In this document: in pieces, positions 10,358-20,040 of the stretch
Layout: every line of letters begins with the position of its first letter
Numbering within the stretch: the stretch's first letter is position 1
NCBI GenBank assembly: GCA_965205865.1
Contig: CBDBHR010000030.1
Span: 960,001 to 1,024,000 of the forward strand
Length of the DNA: 64,000 bases
Origin: a bacterium
GTDB taxonomy: Bacteria; SAR324; NAC60-12
Reading direction: 5' to 3'
Made by a program: the position numbers and the translations under genes
Notes under the pieces: generated by a model
The model's input: only the letters and a program-made list of their open reading frames with translations
The model's database searches: none
What the model was told of the DNA's origin: nothing

Positions 10358-10747
10358 TGTCATTCCTGGCGAAGACCAGGAATCCACTTTGCTAGCGATC
10401 CAGGGTGACTAAAACGTTTCATATAAATCTATCCATTGAGGATTACATATACACTAGAATACTCATATTATTGAAGATTTATGTCGAACTCGGGTTTCTT
10501 AAGTTGTTTTTCTCTCCGGAGAGCGGCTGTTACCTCTGAAGTGGTCTCATAGTATACCAATTGATGTACTTGGTATTTACTGGTAATTCCTTCTATGAGA
10601 TTGTTTTTATGTTCATAAACTCTTTTCTTAGAAGATCATTGGTCACTCCAATATATAAAGTGCCATTTCTTTTACTTGCTAAGATATAAACGTAGTAGGT
10701 TTTCATGATGGCGACTCCTGGATTCCTGATCTTCGCCAGGAATGACA
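10358..10747. mobile_element. REP-bracketed GIY-YIG element with inverted terminal palindromes TGTCATTCCTGGCGAAGAYCAGGAATCCA
   Basis: 29-bp inverted repeats at 10358-10386 and 10719-10747 (one mismatch) enclosing an AT-rich gene. Confidence 0.75.
10409..10706 (-). pseudogene. Small GIY-YIG nuclease (UPF0213/YhbQ-like), frameshifted
   Basis: Manual translation MKTYYVYILASKRNGTLYIGVTNDLL / +1 shift near 10625 / RVYEHKNNLIEGITSKYQVHQLVYYE..AALRREKQLKK / disrupted segment / NPQWIDLYETF*. Confidence 0.85.
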
Positions 10748-10973
10748 CACTTGTGGGGAAGCGTATTCATGGAAACCGCTGAATGCAAAAAATATACAGG
10801 TAACATGACTGAATAAAACAGAATTGCAATTTTAAAGATTGATCTATATTCTGTTTTCCTTTCAGGTGTCAGGCAGGATTTTGAATTGCGCCTGAAAATC
10901 CGAGAGAAAAATTAAGTGATCCACGGAAGTGGATTATCCACAATATATATTGGTATATCTGGGAAGTGAGATT

Positions 10974-12140
10974 ATGATTGTTGCGATTCCGAAAGAAATT
11001 ATTCCGGGTGAAACCCGAGTTGCCATCATTCCGGCTACGGTTTCCCTATTAAAAAAGGCTGAACTGGAAGTGATGATCGAGCAAGAGGCCGGCACGAATT
11101 CCTTCCATTCGGACGATGAGTATGCGGAGGCGGGGGCGGTTATTGAAAAAGATACTGAAACGCTTTTTAAGAAAGCGGATTTGATTTTGAAGGTCCGTCC
11201 TCTCAGTGAAAACAAGCGATTGCGGAAACATGAAGCCGATTTGATAGGCGAGGGAAAGGCTCTGATTTGTTTAATGGACGCCTATTTTAATCCGGATGTT
11301 ATCGAAAAACTTGTAACGCGCAAAATCACCAGTTTTGCGATGGAGTTCATGCCGAGGGTGACTCGCGCTCAGAGCATGGACGCCTTGAGTTCGATGGCGG
11401 CCATTTCCGGTTACCGCGCCGTGGTCATGGCAGCCGCTGAGCTCCCCAAATATTTTCCCATGCTGATGACCGCCGCTGGAACGATTCCTCCGGCGAAAGT
11501 ATTTGTCATCGGCGCAGGAGTGGCCGGATTGATGGCAATTGCGACCGCCAAAAAACTGGGGGCGGTGGTGGAAGCTTATGACACTCGCACGGCTGTCAGG
11601 GAACAAGTGGAGAGTGTGGGTGCCAAATTTGTGGAGTTGGATTTGCAAGCTGGGAATGCCGAGGGTGCCGGAGGCTATGCTAAAGCGCAATCGGAAGATT
11701 TTTATCAAAGGCAGCAGGAGCAGATGGCCAAACACATCAAAGCCGCCGATATCGTGATCACCACCGCAGCGATTCCTGGAAAGCAATCCCCTTTGCTGGT
11801 GACCGAAGACATGGTTCAACAAATGCAACCGGGTTCTGTGATTGTGGATCTTGCCGCAGAACGTGGTGGCAATGTCGAAGGGACGTTGAAGGATGAAAAA
11901 GTTATCAAACACGGTGTCAAGATCATCGGATATTTTGATCACCCAGCCCGGATTTCCAAGCATGCTTCCCAATTGTATGCAAAAAATATCAGCACATTCC
12001 TGCTCAGTATGATCAAGGATGGAACACTGGAAATCAATCAGGAGGATGAACTGGTTGCAGGTACAATGGTCACGTATCGAGGAAATATCGTGCATAATGG
12101 CGTTCATTCAACCATAACAAAAGCATCAGAAGGAGAATAA
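10974..12140 (+). CDS. pntA: NAD(P) transhydrogenase alpha part 1 (dI)
   Basis: PKE..GETRVA, RAQSMDALSSM, GAGVAGL, GGYAK; ATG 10974 preferred. Confidence 0.93.
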   Translation: MIVAIPKEIIPGETRVAIIPATVSLLKKAELEVMIEQEAGTNSFHSDDEYAEAGAVIEKDTETLFKKADLILKVRPLSENKRLRKHEADLIGEGKALICLMDAYFNPDVIEKLVTRKITSFAMEFMPRVTRAQSMDALSSMAAISGYRAVVMAAAELPKYFPMLMTAAGTIPPAKVFVIGAGVAGLMAIATAKKLGAVVEAYDTRTAVREQVESVGAKFVELDLQAGNAEGAGGYAKAQSEDFYQRQQEQMAKHIKAADIVITTAAIPGKQSPLLVTEDMVQQMQPGSVIVDLAAERGGNVEGTLKDEKVIKHGVKIIGYFDHPARISKHASQLYAKNISTFLLSMIKDGTLEINQEDELVAGTMVTYRGNIVHNGVHSTITKASEGE

Positions 12141-12141
12141 C

Positions 12142-12426
12142 GTGGAAATATTTATTATTTCGTTCACTATTTTTGCTTTAGCAATTTTCGTGGGTTATGA
12201 AATCATCACCAAGGTCCCTCCCACCTTACACACGCCTTTGATGAGCGGATCAAACGCGATTTCCGGTATCACCATCATCGGGGCGATCTTGAGCGCGGGT
12301 GGTGGTGAAAACACAACTGGGCTCTCTACGATTTTAGGAATAATCGCGATTATATTAGCAATGATCAATATTGTCGGCGGCTTCATGGTGACAGACAGGA
12401 TGCTGCGTATGTTCAAGAAGAAATAA
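12142..12426 (+). CDS. pntA: NAD(P) transhydrogenase alpha part 2 (membrane)
   Basis: VPPTLHTPLMSGSNAISG, NIVGGFMVTDRMLRMF. Confidence 0.93.
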   Translation: MEIFIISFTIFALAIFVGYEIITKVPPTLHTPLMSGSNAISGITIIGAILSAGGGENTTGLSTILGIIAIILAMINIVGGFMVTDRMLRMFKKK

Positions 12427-12440
12427 GACGAAAGGACGTC

Positions 12441-13844
12441 ATGGCACATCTTATTAATTTTTCCTATCTGCTCGCCGCAGTTTTATTTATCCTCGGATTG
12501 AAAAATCTCAGTTCTCCCCGCACCGCCCCTCGTGGCAATTTGTTGGGGGCGATTGGGATGTTGATTGCTTTGATCGTCACGCTTTTGGACCGGGGCGTAG
12601 TCAGTTATCTCTGGATTTTCATCGCCATCCTGATTGGCTCCGCAATCGGCGCCTATCTTGCTCGCGTGGTGGAAATGACTGCCATGCCACAAATGGTGGC
12701 GATTTTTAATGGCTTCGGAGGGGGCGCTTCTCTCTTAGTTGCCTCATCAGCCTACCTGGAAGCAGCTCAAATTGCGCAAAGTGGAGGGAACGCGCATGGA
12801 TTGCAATGGAACATTGCCCTCATTTTGAGTTCCTTGATAGGAGCAGTGACCCTGACCGGGAGCTTCATCGCATTCGGCAAGCTTCAGGGAATAGTCTATG
12901 AACAGGCGGTTGCCATTCCTAAGATCTTTATGAAAGGAATGGCGATTTTACTGGTTGTGTGCGCCATTTTCGTATCGACCAATCCCTTTGAGATGCAATG
13001 GATCTTTTTACTGGTTATTCTCGGATCTTTGATATTAGGCGTCTTGCTGGTGTTGCCGATTGGAGGGGCGGACATGCCGGTGGTGATTTCGTTGTTGAAT
13101 TCTTATTCCGGTTTGGCGGCTGCGGCAACCGGATTTGTGCTGAGTAACAATGGATTGATCATTGGCGGTTCCCTGGTGGGAGCGTCCGGTTTGATTTTGA
13201 CAAATATCATGTGCAAGGCTATGAATCGTTCCTTGGTCAACGTCTTGTTCGGCGGCGCAATCGTCAATGAGGGTGAAAAAGCAGCAATTCCGGGCAAAGA
13301 ATTTTATGATGGTAAAGTCAAACAAGCAGATCCTGAAGAAGTGGCCATGATGCTCGAATCCGTTCAAAGTGTGATTTTCGTACCAGGATACGGTTTGGCT
13401 GTGGCCCAGGCGCAACATGCCACCAAAGAACTGGGAGACCTGCTTCAGAAACGCCAAATCAAAGTCACTTATGCAATCCATCCGGTTGCCGGACGGATGC
13501 CTGGCCACATGAATGTCTTACTTGCAGAAGCCGAAGTTCCCTACGATTCGATGTTGGAGATGGATCGCATCAACCCGGATTTTGCCCGTACCGACGTGGT
13601 GATTATTCTTGGCGCAAATGACGTCGTCAACCCGGCAGCCCGCGATGAAGCAAACAGTCCTATTTATGGCATGCCGATTTTAGAAGTCGACCAGGCAAGA
13701 ACCGTATTCATCGTCAAGCGTAGTTTGAGTCCTGGTTTTGCCGGCATCCCCAATCAGCTGTTCATCAACGACAATTCGCTGATGGTTTTTGGCGATGCCA
13801 AAGACGTACTCCGGAATATGATTCAGGCTGTCAAAGAACTGTAA
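12441..13844 (+). CDS. pntB: NAD(P) transhydrogenase beta subunit
   Basis: IGGADMPVVISLLNSYSG, PGYGLAVAQAQ, HPVAGRMPGHMN. Confidence 0.95.
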   Translation: MAHLINFSYLLAAVLFILGLKNLSSPRTAPRGNLLGAIGMLIALIVTLLDRGVVSYLWIFIAILIGSAIGAYLARVVEMTAMPQMVAIFNGFGGGASLLVASSAYLEAAQIAQSGGNAHGLQWNIALILSSLIGAVTLTGSFIAFGKLQGIVYEQAVAIPKIFMKGMAILLVVCAIFVSTNPFEMQWIFLLVILGSLILGVLLVLPIGGADMPVVISLLNSYSGLAAAATGFVLSNNGLIIGGSLVGASGLILTNIMCKAMNRSLVNVLFGGAIVNEGEKAAIPGKEFYDGKVKQADPEEVAMMLESVQSVIFVPGYGLAVAQAQHATKELGDLLQKRQIKVTYAIHPVAGRMPGHMNVLLAEAEVPYDSMLEMDRINPDFARTDVVIILGANDVVNPAARDEANSPIYGMPILEVDQARTVFIVKRSLSPGFAGIPNQLFINDNSLMVFGDAKDVLRNMIQAVKEL

Positions 13845-13879
13845 AAAGGAGCCCCCAATCGACGTCAGCATCATCTTTT

Positions 13880-14016
13880 TTACCATTCGCCTCATCACGG
13901 GGATGTTGACGTCGGGATTCACCATGCGTTTCACCCGCAGCATGATCCTGGAGGTGTTGCGGCAGGACTGCGTGCGCATCACCTGGACCAAGGGCCTCCG
14001 CGAACGGGTGGTGACA
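13880..14016 (+). pseudogene. Orphan internal fragment of a DppB/OppB-type permease
   Basis: Reads ITGMLTSGFTMRFTRSMILEVLRQDCVRITWTKGLRERVV, homologous to MRMTRTMMLEVLRQDYIRTAWSKGLKERVV in the 33023-33979 permease. Confidence 0.75.
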
Positions 14017-14023
14017 GAGTTGA

Positions 14024-14986
14024 TTATAGCTCTCTCATGAACTGGAAGACGGCATCATCTCTCCCTGGCAGGGTTTCATGCCCAAAGTCCGGGTAGAGGG
14101 CAAGCTGCTTGTCAGCCTGTATCTTGTTGTAGGCGGCAAATTGGCTCGATGGCGGACAAACGGTATCCATCAAGCCCACAGCCATGAAGACTTTAGCCTT
14201 GATTCGGTGGGCAAGATGCTGAACATCAATGTGGCCTAGCTTGGAAAATACTTGCTCTTCCTGCTCGTGCAGAGGATCGAATAGTCTGAAATACTGTTGA
14301 AGCTCAAAATATGCGTCTTTGGCAAGATCTATTTCCCAGACACGTTTATAGTCACACAAGAACGGGTAGTCTGGGGCGGCCAGTTTGATTCCGGGTTCCA
14401 ATGCGGCGCAAGCGAGCGTCAGTCCCCCACCTTGGCTGGCACCCATGGCACCGACACGCGAAGCGTCAACCTTGGGTAATTCCATTACGATTGAGGCTAA
14501 CTGAGCCGCATCCAGGAAAATCTGTCGAAATAACAGATGCTCAGCCGGACCTTCGAGTCCCCGAATAATATGACCACGCAAGGTATTGCCTTCCACTCCT
14601 CCCTTGTCCTCGGAAAGTCCCCCTTGTCCCCTGCAATCAAATGCTGCCACGGTATAACCCATAGCAACGTATTGAAGTTTCTGGCTCCAGGATCCACTGT
14701 GCCCACCATACCCATGAAACATGACAATTGCCGGATGTGAACTGCCTTCTTCTTTGGGCCTCAATAGTTTTGCATGTAAACGAGCTCCTCCCACTCCAGT
14801 AAAGTATATGTCCTCACAAATACAAAATGGACATTCAAAAGGAGCAGTCACGAATTCAAGCTCCGGGTCCACGGCTCTCATTTCCTTTAATGCCGCATCC
14901 CAATAATCGTCAAATTCCACAGGGCGTGGATTGATCCCTCTATATGTTTTTAGTGATTCAATTGGTAAATCAAATGACAGAGGCAT
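14024..14986 (-). CDS. Acetyl xylan esterase / cephalosporin-C deacetylase (CE7)
   Basis: RGQ motif, GASQGG nucleophile elbow, DTVCPPSSQFAAYN, GHE. Confidence 0.9.
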   Translation of the reverse strand: MPLSFDLPIESLKTYRGINPRPVEFDDYWDAALKEMRAVDPELEFVTAPFECPFCICEDIYFTGVGGARLHAKLLRPKEEGSSHPAIVMFHGYGGHSGSWSQKLQYVAMGYTVAAFDCRGQGGLSEDKGGVEGNTLRGHIIRGLEGPAEHLLFRQIFLDAAQLASIVMELPKVDASRVGAMGASQGGGLTLACAALEPGIKLAAPDYPFLCDYKRVWEIDLAKDAYFELQQYFRLFDPLHEQEEQVFSKLGHIDVQHLAHRIKAKVFMAVGLMDTVCPPSSQFAAYNKIQADKQLALYPDFGHETLPGRDDAVFQFMREL

Positions 14987-15102
14987 AAGGTAGTCCTATA
15001 TTTCTGGGGCTCATTGCTGAATTGCTGAATTGATGAAGATTTATCATAAGTGGGAAAATAACAAAGCTTTTTTTTCCAGACTTCGCGCATTTAACCAAAC
15101 AA

Positions 15103-15377
15103 CTTCTGACTGTCCCCGGATTTGAGCAGATTTATTGATTTTTTATTTTTTTTTTGCGAATCCCGCATTTGTTTTACATTAGGGGCTAGACATTGTGTAG
15201 TAGTGTTAAAATCATGCCTTTACTAAGTTGTTTTAGTGAAGGAGAGGGTTCCCGCTCGATCGATTGAACAAAATCTTGGGAGGGTTCCCGCCCGTTCGAT
15301 TCAAAATAGGTGCGGGAGGAAGTGAAGTGATGGATCCTCCTCGGGAATCTTTTTTCACCGATATTGAACTAAACGGG
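15103..15377 (+). promoter_or_regulatory. ~270-bp promoter/leader element homologous to 60050-60655 (reverse complement), with two degenerate 36-bp repeats
   Basis: Shared blocks CTTCTGACTGTCCCCGGATTTGAGCAGATTTATTG, TTTGCGAATCCCGCATTT, T(A/T)GACATTG.GTAGTAGTG, GAAGGAGAGGGTTCCCG, GGGAATCTTTTT. Confidence 0.65.
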
Positions 15378-15807
15378 TTTTTCAGAGACCTGAATAGTTA
15401 CCTTTAATTTTTTTAAGAAAAATGTTTGACTTTCCATTTTTATCTCTGTATTTTTGCATCTGAAAATAGCTTTTAGCCGTCTGCTGTCAGCTATCAGTTT
15501 TTGAATCATATTGATATACAGGTTATTTTTGTAAGTGAAAACCCTACGCGGGCCGCTGTAGCTGAGAACAGATAGCCTTAAATGCTTGACAACCATTTGC
15601 AGAGCGATTATACAATATTTTATTCCAAGGACGAAAAGGCAATGAGTCGCCGTATTAAAAAAAAGATTGAGAAACATTTGCAAGGCATGTAAACATTTTA
15701 TTTCCAAGGACAAAAGGGCAATAATGCGATCCTTCGTATTGCTCAGGTTGACATGAAAGTCTGAAATTAACCCGTTTCAAGTATAAATAAAGATATTGCC
15801 AATAAGG

Positions 15808-15958
15808 TATACTCTAAACGGGTTTAAATTTCACTTTTCAAAAGAACTGTCATTCCGAGCTAAGAGGGCTGCCTAAGCAAGAATCTCATGGGAATCAAGA
15901 AGATTCTTCGGTTCCCTCAGGATGACAAATAATGAAGAAATCATCCGTTCACAGTATA
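15808..15958. repeat. MITE-like element containing a GTCA-tagged REP doublet (15848-15927)
   Basis: Outer imperfect IR TATACTCTAAACGG / CCGTTCACAGTATA; inner TGTCATTCCGAG..GAATCT / AGATTC..CTCAGGATGACA. Confidence 0.55.
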
Positions 15959-16259
15959 GCTAGACCCTAGCCGAAAAGGGTTTCGAAAATAGTAAATGTA
16001 ACCAATTTGATTCTATTGGATTCTCTATTTGATTCAATATGACGAGAAAACGATTTATTTTTGTTTTTTATTCGCCCACGGCACAGTTTTTATAGGGAAA
16101 AATCTTTTTTGGACATACTTTCCTCGCCCCTGCTCATATTTCACACTCCCCCATTGAATATTCAGGCCGCTTGTTTGAGTTGTCTTTTTTTCAACTCAAT
16201 CATTTTGCAAAAATTATGCCAGGCCGCGGATCATCATTGAGACCTGTTATTCCTTTTTA

Positions 16260-17955
16260 CCTAAATCCTGCAATTAGATGACAATCAAACATGGAAATGG
16301 TAATATACTCAAATAGTTAACACCAGAATCAACATTTTAAGAGATCACCATTACCATGAAAAACAAACGTAGCGCAAGATCGGCAAGAACGACAGCAAAA
16401 AACATCCATATCAGCCAGGGAGGCAGAGACCTGACCGCGCAAGCAGGCTTGATTCCGGTTGTCAAATTTTTTCACAAAGAAGGGATTGTTTCAAAGACAG
16501 AGCAGACCGTAGATCATCGGCGTGGCGCCACGGGTCTTTATGACGCGGTGGACATGGTCATTTTGTCGGTGGTCGGCATTGTTGGTGGCGCCCGTTCGAT
16601 TCGTTCGATTGTGACAGTTTGGAACGACCGTGTTTTGAGTCGTGTGGCCGGTTGGCTGAGGATTCCGGATGAAACCACATTCGGCCGGATACTGCGTACT
16701 TTCACACAGAAAAACATCAATGAGATGGAGAGCTTGAACCATCGGATTCGAGCCGGTATCTGGCGTAAGGCGCTTCGAAGTGGGACAAGCATCGTTGGGG
16801 TGTTACACTGTCTTGTGATTGACGTGGACTCCACTGTGAAAACGGCCTACGGCAAGCAGCAAGGAGTGTCTGTCGGATATAATCCCCACAAACGCGGTGC
16901 AGCTTCGTATCATCCTCTGCTGGCATTTTGCACAGAGACAAAGGAGATTCTTCAGGGTTGGCTTCGTGATGGGAGTGCCTATACCAGCAATGGAGTCGTT
17001 GAATTCATGCGGCAACTTCTCGCTCACCTTCCAAATCGGACTCGCACTCTGTTTCGTGGAGACAGTGGTTTTTTTGTGGGGGATTTGCTGGATTTCCTCG
17101 AAGAACGAGGCCATGGCTATCTGATCAAGGTCAAACTCAAGGGGCTTGTCTCGTTGTTGGAAACCCAAAAATGGCAAAAAGTGAAGGGGCAGCCCGCTTG
17201 GGAAGGGTGTGAGTTTTCCCACCAATGTGAAACTTGGAGGAGGTCAAGAAAATTCATGGCCGTACGCAGGGAGAAAGAGGAGGAACTCAAAGGGATGGCC
17301 ACCCTCTTTGAGATGAAGGAGTACGATTATTTTTGTTATGTTCTCACTGACGCGCTCACTCCCTGGCAGGCTCACAAAGAGTATGGCCAAAGGGCGGTCG
17401 CTGAGACATGGATTGAGGAAGCAAAAAATCAAACTGCGCTGGCTCAGATTAAAACCGACGATTTTTGGGCCAACAGTGCCTTGTTCCAATGCGCGATACT
17501 CGCTTACAACACGCTGCGCTGGATGGCCCTTTGTAGTGGTAACGCAATACTGCGCCGTTGGGAACCGGCCACCATGCGCACCTATCTTGTCCGAATGGCA
17601 GGAAAATGGACGAGTGGCGCTCGTCAACAAAAACTGAGAGTTCCGGAAAGAACACTTTACAATGCTCAATGGGATGCATGGGTCGCTGTTGGAGAGACCT
17701 AGAACCTTTGTTTCACTCCAGTGGATACATTTTGCTGAGATGTAGATTCCCAAATCCAGGGAGAAGTACGTCTTGAATCTTGTGCCCGCGAAAGCGGGTA
17801 TCAGATCATCACAAAATATGACGATCTAATGGAGGGCGGAAAAACCTTTATGAGCAAGGACTGATGGAAATTCAACTCTCAAATCCTTTTTTTTAAAAAA
17901 ACCTCTCAAAGAGTGGGGGGAAACTCAATCAAAATATTCAATTGCAGGATTTAGG
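16260..17955 (+). mobile_element. IS1380-family element
   Basis: 16-bp perfect TIRs CCTAAATCCTGCAATT / AATTGCAGGATTTAGG. Confidence 0.88.
16356..17702 (+). CDS. IS1380-family transposase
   Basis: IDVDSTV..YGKQQG..GYNP, YHPLLAF, RGDSGF, ETWIEEAK. Confidence 0.9.
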   Translation: MKNKRSARSARTTAKNIHISQGGRDLTAQAGLIPVVKFFHKEGIVSKTEQTVDHRRGATGLYDAVDMVILSVVGIVGGARSIRSIVTVWNDRVLSRVAGWLRIPDETTFGRILRTFTQKNINEMESLNHRIRAGIWRKALRSGTSIVGVLHCLVIDVDSTVKTAYGKQQGVSVGYNPHKRGAASYHPLLAFCTETKEILQGWLRDGSAYTSNGVVEFMRQLLAHLPNRTRTLFRGDSGFFVGDLLDFLEERGHGYLIKVKLKGLVSLLETQKWQKVKGQPAWEGCEFSHQCETWRRSRKFMAVRREKEEELKGMATLFEMKEYDYFCYVLTDALTPWQAHKEYGQRAVAETWIEEAKNQTALAQIKTDDFWANSALFQCAILAYNTLRWMALCSGNAILRRWEPATMRTYLVRMAGKWTSGARQQKLRVPERTLYNAQWDAWVAVGET

Positions 17956-19428
17956 GGTTAATGCTTTTTCCAGCAACTCTGCCCGAACGTTTTCAATCCC
18001 TCTGCGCATAACTTGTCCGAAATGGAAACGATGCTTAAGATGAAACATCAACGACTCTGCAGCAGATCTTCCATTTCGTGATTCCAAATAGATTTCACTT
18101 TCCCATTCTTCAATCGGGGTCATCTTTTTTCCCTTTGCCCCACTAATACTAAAAACCTTAACGCCTTTGCCCATCCACTTTTCTCTGATCGCCTGATTGG
18201 CATATCCATCATCAAGGCTCACTTCAGAGGGAATGCTGATGGTGCATCGCAAATGTTCAACAAGGGCAGGGTCGAGTTGCCCTGAATCAGCAGCATTGCC
18301 CTCCGGAGTAATTAACACGGAAATAAAACCATTTCCGCTCCTTCCTAATTGAGGCTTATATCCGATAAGCGCTTCTCGATCTCCCTTTTGAATATAAGCC
18401 GAGCTCTGATCGGAAAGACTCAATACTTTCTCAGTGGAAGGAACCTTCTTTTCTTCAAAAACTCTTTGATGACAGTAGATGATTACCCGTTGCAAATTAG
18501 AAATATCTTCATTCATCATTTCAATGAGGCGAATCAAACGCGTTTTCCGAGAAGGGGGGAGAAGAGCTTTTTGGGCACGGATATCCACCTTTGCCATTTC
18601 TTTTAAAAATTTCCCATGAGCGCTTTGAGCTTTCTTCAATAGGGTTTTGTAATGTTTTTTTCGCTTCGTTTTACTGTCCTTTTTACCTGTCTCAAAAGCA
18701 ATCATCTTAGAGAGCTTATTCATCTCCTTGATGAGGAAATCAAAATTTCTTTCACTGATCTCAGCGATTCCAAATGTATCAAGGGAACGCCCTCGATGGT
18801 AGCTTCGCTCCACGAGACGAGTCAATATCGACGAATCAGTAGGCCAAGCTGTATTTCCTTTTACAGAGGTGCTATCCAGTTTTAAAATATCAAAATCGTC
18901 CAACTCTTCATCGAGAACCATTCGAATTTGAGCATCGAAAATAAACTGTCTGCTCTCGTTGCTGACAGCATTGACATTATCAAGGATTGTACTCGCTCCC
19001 GGCATTTTCAATCCACGGTTGAGCAGAAGCAGATGCAGTGTGATTGACTCTGAAAGAAATATTTGGGCCGTTTGGGATTTGATACTTCCTAAATATCCCC
19101 GAATCATCATAAAAAGGTAGACTAAAAAAGCCGACATCCGAGGACACCCTATTTCCAGCCTCAGTTCTTCCGGCTTCAATTCCTCATCTTCTACGGGAAG
19201 ATGAGGAAGCCATGGATTCCGGGCTTCCTGCCATCGTTTATCCTCTAAACGCTCTTTCTTTTTATTTCTTGCGTATTTCTCCAAATCCTGTTCAATTTTG
19301 TCCAATATCTCCGGCTCTCGCTCAGACAATTGATCAAGTTCTGATAAGAAATTTTCAAATTCTGTATCAGGAGCGCTTAAAAAAAGATGTTTTTCTGCTC
19401 GAATGAATGGTTTCATTTTGGGTGCCAT
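17938..19428 (-). pseudogene. DDE transposase of IS copy 1, C-terminus displaced by the IS1380 insertion
   Basis: Near-identical to 27064-28593 up to EKALT; the missing YNFCKMIELKKRQLKQAA coding DNA lies at ~16161-16217. Confidence 0.85.
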
Positions 19429-20040
19429 AATTCTTAATATTGAAGTTATTCACAGTTATTTCAATGAATTATGGCACTTTTTAACCTCAAGTTTAAAGAT
19501 ATAATTCTAAAAAATACCTTTTCGGCTAGGATCTAGTTATGAGAGTTGGGACCTCTATATCAACAGCGTATCTGTATGGCCCAACTCTTTTGTCCACGAT
19601 CATCTGGCGATAGGAGATTGGACAGCAGATCGCAACAAGTTTCCATTTAACTATACTTGGACCAACCCGGCTACCCTGCGGGGCCATGTGGCAGAGAGTT
19701 GGGAGCAGCTGGTCCGTCGTCCTGGAGCATCACCCTGCGCCAAGGGGTTCGTTGGCATAACAAGGCCCCTATGAATGGAAGAGAACTGACCGCTGAGGAC
19801 GTTGTATGGAGCTTGCACCGCTTCTGTGGATGCGGCAGTGGTTTCACTGAAGTCCCCCCTTCAGCCATCAGCTTTCAACTTTTTAAATGGAAGTCTATCA
19901 CGGCCACCGATAGATATACTCTGAAGGTGGAACTAGAAGAACCTCACCTGGATGCTTTCGATTCATTTATGCTAGGAAGCTGGGAAGCTGGTTGGGTCAT
20001 TCCTCCCGAGGTCATCAAAGCGAGGGGTGACTATAATGAT

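Larger units (their letters stand above)
15961..19535 (-). mobile_element. IS (IS5/ISNCY-like DDE), copy 1, interrupted by an IS1380-family element
   Basis: TIRs TAGACCCTAGCCGAAAAGG / CCTTTTCGGCTAGGATCTA; near-identical to 26958-28795. Confidence 0.88.

Noticed and set aside
10934-10942. Perfect DnaA box TTATCCACA upstream of pntA
   Set aside because: Single box with no cluster; compatible with chance
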